DNA from: Squalus acanthias | Lineage: Eukaryota | Assembly (NCBI GenBank): GCA_030390025.1 | Contig: CM059432.1 | Location: forward strand, 106,208,001 to 106,272,000 | Direction: 5' to 3' | Length of the DNA: 64,000 bases | Shown here: piece by piece, positions 25,192 through 38,005 of the stretch | How the letters are laid out: each line of letters opens with the position of its first letter | How positions within the stretch are numbered: the first letter of the stretch is position 1 | Notes under the pieces: generated by a model | The model's database searches: none | What the model saw: the letters and a program-made list of their open reading frames with translations, nothing else | Told to the model about the DNA's origin: nothing | Made by a program: the position numbers and the translations under genes

Positions 25192-26180
25192 GGGATTGGT
25201 GCTGGGGCCTCAACTATTTACAATCTACCTTAATGACTTGGATGAAGGGACCAAGTGTAATGTAGCCAAGTTTGCGGATGATACAAAGATGGGTGGGAAA
25301 GCAAGTTGTGCAGAGGACTAAGAATCTGCAAAGGGATATAGACAGGCTAAGTGAGTGGGCAAACATTTGGCAGGTGGAGTATAATGTGGGAAAGTGCGAG
25401 GTTATCCACTTTGGCAGGAAATATAAAAAAGCAAATTATTATTTAAATGGAAAGAGATTACAAAAGGCTACAGTTCAGAGGGACCTGGGGGTCCTTGTGC
25501 ATGAAACACAAAAAGTTAGCATGCAGGTACAGCATGTAATCAAAAAGGCAAATGGAATGTTGTCCATTATTTCAAGGGGGTTGGAGTATAAAAGCAGGTA
25601 AGTCCTGCTACAACTGTACAGGGTATTGGTGAGACCACACCTTGAGTACTGCGTACAGTTTTGGTCTCCTTATTTAAGGAAGGATATACTTGCATTGGAG
25701 GCAGTTCAGAGACGATTTGCACGGTTGATTCCTGAGATGAGGGGGTTGACTTATGAAGAAAGGTTGAGCCTATACTCATTGGAATTTAGAAGAATGAGAG
25801 GTGATCTTATTGAAACATAAAAGATTCTGAGGGGGCTCAACAAGGTAGGTGCAGAGAGGATGTTTCCCTTCGTGGGGAAATCTAGAACTCGGGGGCATAG
25901 TTTCAGAATAAAGAGTCGCCCTTTTAGAACTGAGATGAGGAGGAATTTCTTCTCTGAGGGTCGTAAATCTGTGGAATTCTCTGCCCCAGAGAGCCGTGGA
26001 GGCTGGGTCATTAAATACATTTAAGGTGGAAATAGACAGATTTTTACAAGATAAGGGAGTGAAGGGTTATGGGGAGCGGGCAGGGAAGTGGCTTTGAGCC
26101 CAAGATCAGCCATGATCTTATTGAATGGCGGAGCAGGCTCGAGGGGCCAAGTGACCTATTCCTGCTCCTATTTCTTATTA
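25192..26180 (+). mobile_element. CR1 LINE 5'-truncated copy (family B)
   Basis: [15 protein letters not shown] to the 3' tail cctgctcctatttcttat. Highly similar to the reverse complement of 49128-49462 plus 52706-53380. Confidence 0.93.
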
Positions 26181-28196
26181 CCATATTTAGTTTGTGAAAA
26201 GGATATCAGAATCATATGTAAATTTGAATAAAACCCAAGTCTGTTTTGTAATCTAACTTTTGCAAGCTTCCAAACTGGACCAGAATAACTTCAGTCTTTC
26301 ATCTGAGATACAGACTAAGTCATAGTTCTGAGCAGAACGTGAACACATGGTTTCAACACTGAATGCCACCAGTCCAACAAAATGTCGACTCCTACAAGAT
26401 AGTTTTCTGTCTACCTGTCTTGGCTGTTGTGCAGGGACCGGCAGAAGAAACTTTAAATAATTTTTTTTAAATGGTGAAATGTTTTTGCCCATTTTTATTT
26501 TTCAATTTGTGATTTTCTTCCAATGGCCAAGGAAGACGGGTAAAACCACTGCTCAGCAAGTGTGATTTAACTACAGGAGGTGGGAGCAGTCAAAAGCATA
26601 CTCAATGACCCAAGAAATCAGCCCTAGCTAATAATCAGAGTGGCTTTAAGAGCCATCAGCAACACCGATGAATGTATCTGATAAGCCTGATGTCCAGTTC
26701 AATCGTAAACAGATTGAATATCAGAGTCGGTCTTAGGTCCACAGGTCTTCTGCATTATAATGAAATCTCTCTGCCATGTATTGAAGACAACATGATGCTT
26801 CTATCATGGCAATTACATATTAAGAGCTATTTATAATATTGGGAGCCATTCACGACCAAAGGTGTTAATGCACCAAACTTTGGATCCATTTTCCACCCGA
26901 ACAGATGGCTATAAAAGGTAGCTTGTCGAGTTGAATACTAAACTTAACTGAAATTTACTTAAGAATCATTCTGTATTATAGTTCCCATTACCAATTAACA
27001 TTTTTCTAGAGTTGAAGTGTTTCTATATTACACGTCTATTTGCCAACTGAAAGCTTTTACAAAACCCCCTTCATGATACTAAATTTGTTTAGTCATTAAG
27101 ACAAGCCAGCTTTGAGGTTACAAAAAAAAAATCATTTTCCGTTAAATCTTGGATTATAATTTTGTACGAGTTTGAAACCATCAAATTACCTAAACTAAAT
27201 ATTCAATCCTAAAGTTGAACAGACTTCAAAGCAACTGTGTCCTTCAATTTGAAAGTCTCTACACTAAGAAAAAACATCTGGAGCAGACTTTCATAACATA
27301 AAACACTAAAAACTAACCCTAGACAGAACTTCTGGTGCCCCAATGACTGACATTTTTATTCAGCACATCAGAAGCCACAGTTAACGAGTAAAAGGTATAA
27401 CCATTTCACTACCAGGGTATCTGAAATGATCACATTTCCAACAGTTTCAGAAATAGTTTGAAAACAAGTCTGTACAAAAGGAAATTGCACTGGTGACAGT
27501 ACATTTCTGTAGGTCTTGTAAAATACTCAAAACATTTGAACAGCAGCAGAAACAAGCAAGTCGTGAAACTCTACATGAAGGAACGATTTGAGAACAACCA
27601 GTCACTGGCTGTAAATTTCCATTTATCTATGGGCATTGTGCTGAGGTTTAAAATGGGCGCAGTACACCAGACATAAGAAACTGTTAGGTGATGTGGTATC
27701 TTACACATGTGGAATATTGTTTTATTTGCATTATTTGAAGCTTAGAGACAGAAATGATCAACAATGTGCACACAATGTTTATATATATTTTTTATATATC
27801 AACCAGCAGTTTATATTCTCAAACTACTTACCTGTGTAAAAAAAAAGCAGTGTGGTTTTAAAGGGGGAAGAGAGAAAAAAGGGTAAAAACTTTTCAACAA
27901 TTCAAAGTGTTTAAAATGTATGATAAATATACACAAAGATTACTGTATGGAGATACTTGCCTTCAATTTGAGGACACATAACAGATCACTAATTGACATA
28001 GTATATTATGAAGCCTTCTCAATATGTGTTTAACAATAAAGCAAATACTTAAATATACAGATCACCTGTTTAGTTTATAGTCTCTTAACTCTTATGTTAT
28101 GGCAAATAATTCTTTGTTGAACATATCACAATGAAGAAAATAATCAGATAAGAGAAACCATAAATAATAGTCTATCTTTAGGGATCGTAAGTATAC

Positions 28197-28306
28197 CTGA
28201 GTTCATTAGTTTCCAGAGCTGGTCCACCAGGGCCTCATTGCACAGAGGAGAGTCTGTATTCTTGGTGAAAGGTGGGTTTTTATTGAGCATACTCAAAACT
28301 TTATGT
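28197..28306 (-). CDS. TAF2: TAF2 coding exon E (110 nt, phase 2-1): HKVLSMLNKNPPFTKNTDSPLCNEALVDQLWKLMNS
   Basis: Inside ORF 28144..28371. Acceptor ttacag|A, donor TCAG|gtatac. Confidence 0.96.
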
Positions 28307-28909
28307 CTGTAACGTATGAAACAAAAGGATGTGTTTTCAGCTACATGTATCCATAGTATAAATGTGAACAAATGTTAATGAGCCCACTATGCAAGTATAT
28401 TAATAAAAAAAGGTGTATACAACAGAAAATAATCTGATCAATAACAAATTATTTAGTAAACCTGGGTATTTAGTTGAACCCCATTCTCTTTGATTATGGC
28501 AGCAAGGCCACTACTCTTTGGGTGCACTACAAGCTATTAATCGAGACCAACACCTCATGCAAGTTCAGGTGGTTAACAATGTGGCGGACAGGATATTTGG
28601 TGACTGTAACCCTTAAAGGACTGTTCTGCATTGTTTGACACAGGCATTTAAGTGAAGGGATCGACCATGATGGCCTGCTCCACTGTGATCCTGGGCCTTA
28701 TTTTAATGCTCTTCAGCTCTTATTTGCCTTGGGGGAGGGGGGAAGCTCATGAGCCAAGGCTGCTGATAACAACCATGGTACCCAAGCCTTCACCTGTCTA
28801 GTCATCCTAGCCCTTCAATTAATGGTGGCATTAGCAACTGATGCTAAATAAAGGCATCATGATTGGCAGTAGCAGGTATAATTCTGTACCCACAGACCAA
28901 TTACACATT

Positions 28910-29625
28910 GGGCCGGATATTCCGACCCCCACGGGTGCGTACGCTCCCATAGGGGCCTCGCAAGTGCCGGTTTCAGGCATGCGAAGCACATGCACTAAAA
29001 CTCGGCACTTCCAATCTGTCAAGAATTCTCTTCACAGATCATCCAGCTGCCCGCGAGAAGGGCCTCCACGGGCAGGGAGTTCCGCTTTTTGCACAACCTC
29101 CGCCCACTGAAAACCTTTAATAATCTTACGCCTGGTAAAAGCAGACGCATAAGAGTTAAAAAAAAAATTCCCCACTCATTTATAATTTAAAAATACTTTT
29201 AAAAAAGGTAAGTTTATTTTTAGCCCTGTATAAAACTTTAATTATTTTTTTCAAAAAATTAAATTGTTTAAAATATTTAATTTAATGTAATTTCAACTAA
29301 TTTTAAATACGTGATTTAATTTTTTTTTAATGTTTAACTGGTTTTTTAAGTGATCCCCATTCATACTTTCGACAGATCTATGCGTAGAGAACTGTCAAAA
29401 GTGTGCAGGGGGATTCCCTTTGATTGGTTCCCCATGGCCCACGTGATCCCAGGGACGCTTGCGAACTGCATGCACCCCTGGGATACCTGGGCCTCTGCGC
29501 ACGAGGACCAGGAGAGGCCCAGGATTGGAAGTCTTGGGATCTACGGAGCCAGCATGTAAGTGCGTAGATTTTTCCCGATCGGAGGTATCCGCACGCAGGA
29601 AGCCTCCGATTGGAAAATCCGGCCC
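28910..29625 (+). mobile_element. MITE family M, copy 2
   Basis: TIRs gggccggatattcc / ggaaaatccggccc (1 mismatch), flanked by att...att. Confidence 0.85.
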
Positions 29626-29889
29626 ATTAATGGAATGGTCACCCTTTCTGTTTATGAAGGGGGGGGTTAGAGGCCCATATGGCCACATGTGTACCATTAA
29701 TAATACACTACATTTTGGAGAAACATGCCATATGGGCTGTCCCATGTTGCTGGCTGGTATCCATAAAAAAAAATGAAGTTCACTCTGGCAAACAAGGCAT
29801 CTGCTTGATTCTTTGGTGCACTGTTGATTTCAAGATATGGCAGATATTCCCTGCTGCAATCTCCATATCCTATCCATCACCACAAATAC

Positions 29890-30212
29890 TTACTTTCCTC
29901 AATCCAACCTACCACTGCAACCTTTTTCCACCTTGCATCTCTCCTACGTCTTCTGTCTCTGGCCTGCTGTGTATCCCATCTCCCTCTGTTGAACCTTTGA
30001 TGGCAGAGCCATTAGCTACTTCATCCTTGCTCTTTGGAACGCCCCTTCCAAACCCTCTCTGCTTCCCTCCTGTCTCTCCATTGTTATTTTTTTTTCAAAC
30101 AGATCATTTTGACCACATTTTTGGCCACCACCCCTAACCCTACGACAAAGGTTCAGTGTTCACTCCTAATTTCGTCTGTGGTGTACTTTAGTACAATTTT
30201 CTATGTTAAAGA
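29890..30212 (+). mobile_element. Highly decayed L2 3' fragment
   Basis: Weak similarity to 16420-16725 (ctttggaacgcccct...aaaccctctctgc; tttttggccacc; ttctatgttaaag). Confidence 0.5.
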
Positions 30213-30730
30213 TGTCTGCTATTTTCCCATTTTCTCAGAGTCCACTTTTGATTTGTTCTTTTTTTTAAGTCCCCTTTGCTATAAATATTCAGTTTCACTG
30301 TCTCAAACCCCTGTAGGTAAGCTTTCGATCACTGTCTTCCAGAGTGCTTCCAGTGGCCCAAACTACCAGGTAAAATTGTAGCATGCTTAGGGATGGAACA
30401 GAGAATCCTCTTCACTTGATTTTGGCTTACTGTTTTTAATCATGGGCCTCAAGTGATGTTCCTTGACTTTGGAAGGTGACCGAATACTACACTAGACCAT
30501 TTATTAGACAGTAATAGAATACATGAACAGTAGCAATGACAATATAGACTTTACTAGTTATTAAACTTTTCCTTTTCTGTCCACAGAAGCTATCTGGCCT
30601 GACTATCACACCCTGGAGGCTTCAGACTAATTTCCAATTGAATCGGTCAAACTAAGAAATACTTTTGAGAAACTGATTGGGACCAAAGCAAATTAGACAA
30701 CTGCCTGTTCAATTCAAAAAAGTTGTCAAA

Positions 30731-33700
30731 CATAGAATCATAGAAATTTACAGCACAGGAGGCGGCCATTCGGCCCATCTTGTCTGTGCCGCCCGACAAA
30801 GAGCTATCCAGCCTAATCCCACTTTCCAACACTTGGTCCGTAGCCTTGTAGGTTATGGCACTTCAAGTGCATATCCAAGTACTTTTTAAATGTGATGAGG
30901 GTCTGTGCCTCTACCACCCTTTCAGGCAGTGAGTTCCAGACCCCCACCACCCTCTGGGTGAAAAGATTTCTCCTCAAATCCCCTCTAAACTTCCGACCAA
31001 TTACTTTATATCTATGCCCCCTGGTTATGGACCCTTCTGCTGAGGGAAACAGTTCCTTCCTATCCACACCATCTAGGCCCATCATAATTTTATACATCTC
31101 AATTAGGTCTCCCCTCAGCCTCCTCTGTTCCAAAGAAAACCCCAGCCTCTCCAATCTTTCTTCATAGCTAAAATTCTCCAGTCCAGGCAACATCCTTGTA
31201 AATCTCCTCTGTACCCTCTCTAGCGCAATCATATCTTTCCTGTAATGTGGTGACCAGAACTGCATGCAGTACTCTAGCTGAGGCCTTACTAGTGTTTTAT
31301 ACAGTTCAAGCACAACCTCCCTGCTCTTATATTCTATGCCTCGGCTAATAAAGGCAAGTATCCCGTATGCCTTCTTAACCACCTTATCTACCTGTCCTGC
31401 TACCTTCAGGGATCTGTGGTCATGCACTCCAAGGTCCCTCTGTACTTCTCAGTATCCTACCATTTATAGTGTATTGCCTTGCCTTGTTAGCCCTCCCCAA
31501 ATGCATTACCTCGCACTTGTCCGGATTGAATTCCATTTGCCATTGTTCTGCCCACCTGACCAGTCCATTGATATCTTCCTGCAGTCTACAGCTTCTTCAT
31601 TATCCACCGCACGGCCAATTTTTGTATCATCTGCAAACTTCTGAATCATACCCCCTACATTCAAGTCTAAATCATTGAGATATGTATCACAAAAAGCAAG
31701 GGACCTAGTACTGAGCCCTGCGGAACCCCACTGGAAACAGCCTTCCAGTCACAGAAACACCCATCGACCATAACCCTTTGCTTCCTACTTCTGAGCCAAA
31801 TTTGGATCCAACCTGCCACTTTGCCTTGGATCCCATGGGCTTTTACTTTCGTGAACAGTCTGCCATGTGGGACCTTATCAAAAGCCTTGCTAAAATCCAT
31901 ATACACATCAAACGCACTACCCTCATCGACCCTCCTTGTTACCTCCTCAAAAAATTCAATCAAGTTAGTCAGACACGACCTCCCTTTAACAAAGCCATGC
32001 TGACTGTCCTTCATTAATTCGTGTCTTTCTAAATGAAGATTTATCCTGTCCCTCACAATTTTTTCCAATACTTTTCCCACCACCGAGGTTAGGCTGACTG
32101 GCCTGTAATTACTCGGTTTATTCCTTTGTCCCTTTTTAAACAACGGTACCACGTTAGCAGTCCTCCAGTCCTCTGGCACCACACCTGTAGCCAGAGAGGA
32201 TTGGAAAATGATGGTCAGAGCCTCTGCTATTTCCTCTCTTTCTTCTCTTAACAGTCTGGGATACATTTCATCTGGGCCTAGGGATTTATCCACTTTCAAA
32301 GATGCTAAAACCCCTTAATACCTACTCTCTCACTATGTTTATTTCATCTAATATTTCACACCCCTCCTCCGATTGCAATGTCTGCATCGTCTCTCTCTTT
32401 TGTGAAAACAGTCGCAAAGTATTCATTGAGGACCATACCCACGTCTTCTGCCTCCATACATAGATTACCTTCATGGTCTCTAATAGGCCCAACTCTTTCT
32501 TTAGTTATCCTCTTGCTCTTAATATATTTATAAAACATCTTTGGGTTTTCCTTGATTTTACCTGCCAATATTTTTTCATGCTCTCTTTGCTTTCCTAATT
32601 TCCTTTTCTAATTTCCTTTTTAATTTCACCCCTGCACTTTCTATACTTCTCTAGGTTTTCTATGGTATTGAGCACTCGGTAACCATCATAAGCCTCCCTT
32701 TTTTCCTTTATCCTACCCTGTATGCCCCTTGACATCCAGGGGGCTCTGGATTTGTTAGTCCCACCCTTTTTCTTTAAGGGAACATACTTGCGCTAAGCCC
32801 TCACTATCTCCTCCTGGAATGCCTCCCACTGCTCTGACACTGATTTACCTTCAAGTAGCTGCTTCCAGTCCACTTTGGCTAAATCACATCTCAGCTTAGT
32901 ACCCCTTCCACCTGCCCAGCTTCATTCCCTAAAATTAAGTCCAGAACTGCCTCCCCCCCCCCCCCCGCCTTGTTGGGCTTGCCACGTACTGGCTAAAAAA
33001 GTTCTCCTGAATGCATTTTAGGAATTCTGCACCCTCTATACCCTTCACACTAATTTTATCCCAGTTAATATTAGGGTAATTGAAATCCCCTACTATTACT
33101 GCCCTATAGTTTTTGCACTTCTCAGAAATTTGCCTACATATTTGCTCTTCTATCTCCCTCTGACTGTTTGGGGGTCTGTAATACACTCCCAGCAGTGTGA
33201 TTGCCCCTTTTTTATTCTTCAGTTCAAACCCATATGGCCTCATTGGATGATCCTTCGAAGATATCATTCCTCCTCACAGCTTTAATTGTTTCTTTAATCA
33301 AGACTGCGACCCCTCCTCCTTTTTTTATCCCCCTCTCGATCTCGTCTGAAAACCCTGTAACCAGGAATGTTGAGCTGCCATTCCTGCCCTTCTTTCAGCC
33401 ATGTCTCAGTAATAGCTATATCATCATACTCCCACGTGTCTATCTGTGCCCTCAGCTCATCTGCCTTATTCCCTCGGCTCCTTGCATTGAAGTATATACC
33501 ATTTAGCACTGCCAAACTCCCTTAGTGTCTATTTTCCAGCCTTTGTTTCCTCTGCCTTCCAGACTCGCTTACTAATTTTCTGCCCTCCAATTTCAGCTTT
33601 GCTTCTCTCCCTTCTGAAACTACACTCAGGTTCCCATCCCCCTGCCAAGCTAGTTTAAACCCTCCCTAACAGCACTAGTAAACACCGCCCCCCACCCCCG

Positions 33701-35188
33701 ACCCCCCGCAAGGATATTGGCCCCGGCCCTGTTGAGGTGAAGTCCGTCCGGCTTGTACAAGTCCCACCTCCCCCAGAAACGGTCCCAATGCCTCAGGAAT
33801 CTAAAACCCTCCCTCCTGCACCATCTCTCCAGCCACGCATTCATCTGCTCTATCCTCCTATTTCTATACTCACTAGTGTGTGGCACTGGGAGCAATCCGG
33901 AGATTACTACCTTTGAGGTCCTGCTTTTTAATCTCTTTCCTAGCTCCCTAAAATCTGCCCACAAGATCTCATCCCTCTTTCTTCCTATGTCATTGGTGCC
34001 GATATGGACCATGACCTCTGGCTGTTCACCCTCCCCCCTCAATGTCCTGCAGCCGCTCACTGACATCCTTGATCCTGGCACCAGGGAGGCAACATACCAT
34101 CCTGGAGTCACGTCTGCAGCCGCAGAAACGCCGGTCTGCTCCCCTAACTATCAAATCCCCTACCACTATTGCTCTCCCACTCTTCTTCCTCCCACCCTGT
34201 GCAGCTGAGCCACCCGTGGTGCCGTGGACTTGGCTTTGGCTACACTCCCCAGAGGAACCATCGCCCCCAGCAGTACTCGGAACAGAATACTGGTTGGAGA
34301 GCGAGATGCACTCAGAGGACCCCTGCCCTACCTGCCTGGTTCTCTTCTGTTTGGCAGTCACCCATTCCCTCTTAAGCCTGCACACTCTTAAGCTGCGGCG
34401 TGACCTCCTGAAACGTGCTATCCACGAAGTTCTCAGCCTCGCGGATGCATTGTAGTGACTCCAGCTGCCGCTCAAGCTCTGAAACCTGGAGCTCGAGTTG
34501 CTGCAGTTGGCGACACTTCCTGCACACGTGGTCGTCCAGGCCGCAAGAAGCGTCCAGGATTTCCCACATGGCACAGGATGTTCATTCCACGAGACTGAGC
34601 TGCCCTGCCATGCCTCTATATAAAATACAATGAACTACCTTGACAGAAATAGACTTAAAAAAACAAAAAACACTCACCAGCTACTCACCAATCAGCCCCC
34701 TTGTACCGGCGTCACTTCTGAATTCTGACGTTTTATGCTCCGCTCCTGGTGACTCCACTCAGGTCAGCGCTGTTTCCCCCGCTGCTTTATGCTCCGCGCC
34801 TGGTGTCTCCACTCAGGTCGGCACGGTTTCCCCCGCTGCTTTATGCTCCGTTCCTGGTGTCTTTAATCAGGTCGGCGCTGTTTCTCCCACTGCTTTCTGC
34901 TCCGCTCCTGGTGTCTTCGATCAGGTTGGCACGGTTTCCCCCGCTGCTTTATGCTCCGTTCCTGGTGTCTTCAATCAGGTCGGCGCTGTTTCCCCTGCTG
35001 CTTTATGCTCCGCTCCTGATGTCTCCACTCAGGTCGGCGCTGTTTCCCCTGCTGCTTTATGCTCCGCTCCTGATGTCTCCACTCAGGTCGGCGCTGTTTC
35101 CCCCGCTGCTTTATGCTCCGCTCCTGGTGTCTTTAATCAGGTCGGCGCTGTTTCTCCCACTGCTTTCTGCTCCGCTCCAGGTGTCTCC
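30731..35188 (-). mobile_element. CR1 LINE, essentially full length, frameshifted (sense to TAF2)
   Basis: 5' tandem array, then ORF1 from the ATG near 34611 (Cys-rich, coiled coil, SGNH), ORF2 APE plus RT (ORFs 33294.., 31667.., 30813..), and tail ttctatgattctatg at 30731. Confidence 0.95.
34733..35188. repeat. 54-bp minisatellite, ~8.4 units, at the CR1 5' end
   Basis: Unit ttatgctccgctcctggtgtctccactcaggtcggcgctgtttcccccgctgct. Seen as an 18-aa period in ORF 34640..35227. Confidence 0.93.
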
Positions 35189-35263
35189 AATTTATTTGAA
35201 CAAATTCCAGAAAATGCTTGCATTTGAATCAAAAGGCCTCACTTGGCAACCTGACTGAGACAA

Positions 35264-36137
35264 ATGCCGCAATTTTTTCAATGGAGGCGGGTTGGGTGCG
35301 GGTCAGGAGGTTTCCGGCTTCCAGTCCTGCCCCCAACTGCATCCGGCCCACAGACGTGATTTTACGTTGATTGTCCTTGTTAAGCCCGCCCAGCGGGCTT
35401 GCCGGCCAATTAAGAGGAAGCCGGTCAGATGACATCATTTGATGACGCATCATCTGCTGGTTTTCTTAAAGGGACCACGCACAATTTTTTTTTGACAGCT
35501 GATTTCTCAGTGTTTGACAGCACTGAGGGGCTGCAAACACTGACAATCACTGTACAAAGGTGACCTCTTGCACCCAGGCTCTCCAATGACTCCCTCCATA
35601 GGCTGGAATAGATGGTAGCTGCAGGTGAGGTGACAGAAGCGATCTGTCACTGATGAGAGAGGTTCTCCCAATGAGGTGGCACTGGACATGGATTTCAAAA
35701 CTTGTAACCTAAAGAAATGTGTAAATGTATTAAAAATGCATTTCCCAACATTTTCTTACCTCAGACTCACCAGTGCAACATTGGATCCTTCACACCACTT
35801 CTGCAGTTGTCATCAATCCAGAAACATTACAGCAGACTCACAACATGCCACACTTATCTGGCGTGGTGTCCGGACGTTGGGAAACCCGAGCCAGAAGCGG
35901 CAAAATTCAAAAAGAGCCTGTCAACTACTAGCAACTACCTGTTAATAGGCAGGTAATTGCCTTTAATCATCTTCCCGCCGCTAGGTGTCGGGTCCATGTG
36001 CAAATCGGGGACCCAACACTTGGGAAAATTGTTTGGAGGCGGGTTGACGGCGGGATCGGAACCTGCCGTCAATCAAAATGATTTTAACCTTTGACCCGCC
36101 TCCAAACCCGCCCTGAGCGCCGGCAAAATCCAGCCCA
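35264..36137. mobile_element. Probable non-autonomous Harbinger-like DNA element
   Basis: GC-rich arms with related ggaggcggg(t)tgg / cccgcctccaaacccg motifs. The right end ggcaaaatccagccc resembles the TIRs of the other MITEs; the left TIR is degraded. Confidence 0.55.
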
Positions 36138-36303
36138 AAATGACTAAAATCCATCATATTTGTATTAAAATAGCATATTTTCCAAAGAGTGAAGCTGGTT
36201 TTTAATCCCTCTCGGACACCAGAGACAAAATGGCTAAAATCTGTAACATTTGTATTGAAGTAAAATAGCATATTTTTCTGAGTGAAGCTGATTTTTAACA
36301 CCC
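36137..36303. repeat. Diverged ~90-bp direct duplication
   Basis: aaaatgactaaaatcc...gagtgaagctggtttttaatccc, repeated as aaaatggctaaaatct...gagtgaagctgatttttaacaccc. Confidence 0.75.
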
Positions 36304-36957
36304 AACGTTAAAAAGAAACCAAAACTTCATCAGATCTTAGACAAAAATGCTTCTGTCACATGGGTGATACTCTTGCTGGGTATCTCACTCTATCTGTTGC
36401 AGTGTGTTAAAGATACACCGTGTGTGACGATGTGTCTGACCTTTTCTCTGTTCCTTTCCTTTTATTTCTTTCACTTTTTGTTCTCACTCTGTCAATTTGA
36501 GGTTCATTCTGCCTGTCCTCTTCTGCTAATCTCTCCCATTATCTCCTGCTCTTTTTAAAATCTCTCTCTCCCCTCTTCAGCATTTCAAGGAAGAGTAATC
36601 AATCGCGACCACAGGCCAGCACTTTGAGCAGCATGAGGGATCAGCCAAAGAAATCACCAATTTCAGGAAGAACCACAGGCCGCTGTCGGGAATAAAATCA
36701 TGGGGGTCAGGAGTGGATTATGGGCCTTCAAAATAATAAAATTCAAGAAAAAAATAAAAAACACCCCAGCAAAAAATAGGCTTTCAAACTGTAAAACCAC
36801 AGCAAAGAATAGTCCTTATTAAAAAATATGAAAACACAAAAAAAACAGCAGAAACTGCAGACATTAGGCTTCAAAGAAAAACAGCAGGGAGTAAAAACAA
36901 ACAAAAAAAAGGAAATGAGAGCAGGTAACATAACAGAGCTCCCTCTTCCACCATATC

Positions 36958-38005
36958 TGAAGCCCATAGGATAAAAGGGGTAGTTTCTACATGGATACGA
37001 AATTGGCCAAGGGACAGAAAGCAGAGAGTAGTGGTGAACAGTTGTTTTCAGACTGGAGGGAAGTGTGCAGTGGTGTCCCCCAGGGGTTGGTGTTGGGACG
37101 ACTGCTCTTTTTGATATATATTAATAACCTGGACTTGAAAATACAGGGCATAATTTCAAAGTTTGCAGATGACATGAAACTTGAAATGTCGTAAACAGTG
37201 AGGAGGATAGTAACAGACTTCACGAGGACAGAGACATGGGTAGACACATGGCAGATGAAGTGCGAAGTAATTCATGTTGGTAGGAAGAACGAGGAGAGGC
37301 AACATAAACTAAATGGTCCAATTTTAAAGGGAGTGCAGAGAACCTGGGTCTACATACACAAATCTTTGAAGGTGGCAGGACAAGTTGAGAAGGATCCTTG
37401 GCTTTATAAACAGTGGTACAGAGTACAAAAGCAGGAAAGTTATGTTAAACTGTATAAAACACTGATTAAGTCCCAGCTGGAGTATTGTGTCCAATTCTGG
37501 GCACCACAACTTAGGAAGGATGCCAAGCCTCAGAGAGGGTGCCAAGCCATAGAATGATACCAGGGATGAAAGACTTCAGGAACATGTAGAGACTAGAGAA
37601 ATTGGGGTTGTTCTCTTTAGAGCAGGGAAGGTTAAGGGGAGATTTGATAGGTGTTTAAAATTATGAAGGGTTTTGATAAGAGTAAATAAGGAGAAACTGT
37701 TTCTAGTGGCAGAAGTGTCGGGAACCAGAGGGCACAGATCTAAGGTAATTGGCAAAAGAACAAGAGGCAGCATGAGGAAAAAATTTACGCAGCAAGTTAT
37801 GATGATTGTGGAATGCATTGCCTGAAAGGGTTGTGCAAGCAGATTCAATGGTAATTTTGAAAAGGGAATTGGATAAATACTTGAAGAGGAAAAAATTGCA
37901 GGGCTATGGGGAAAGAGCAGGGGAGTGGGAGTAATTGTGATAGCTCGTTCAAAGAGCCAGCACAGGCACGATGGGCCAAATGGCCATCTTCTGTGCTGTA
38001 TCATT
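36958..38005 (+). mobile_element. CR1 LINE 5'-truncated, decayed
   Basis: SGVPQGLVLG.LLFLIYIN, ISKFADD and [11 protein letters not shown] motifs, then a 3' UTR. Confidence 0.9.

Noticed and set aside
34640..35258. 195-aa and 169-aa repetitive ORFs, and a superficial CRISPR-like periodicity
   Set aside because: Head-to-tail 54-bp units with no unique spacers. The ORFs result from a stop-free unit whose length is divisible by three, antisense to a CR1 5' end.
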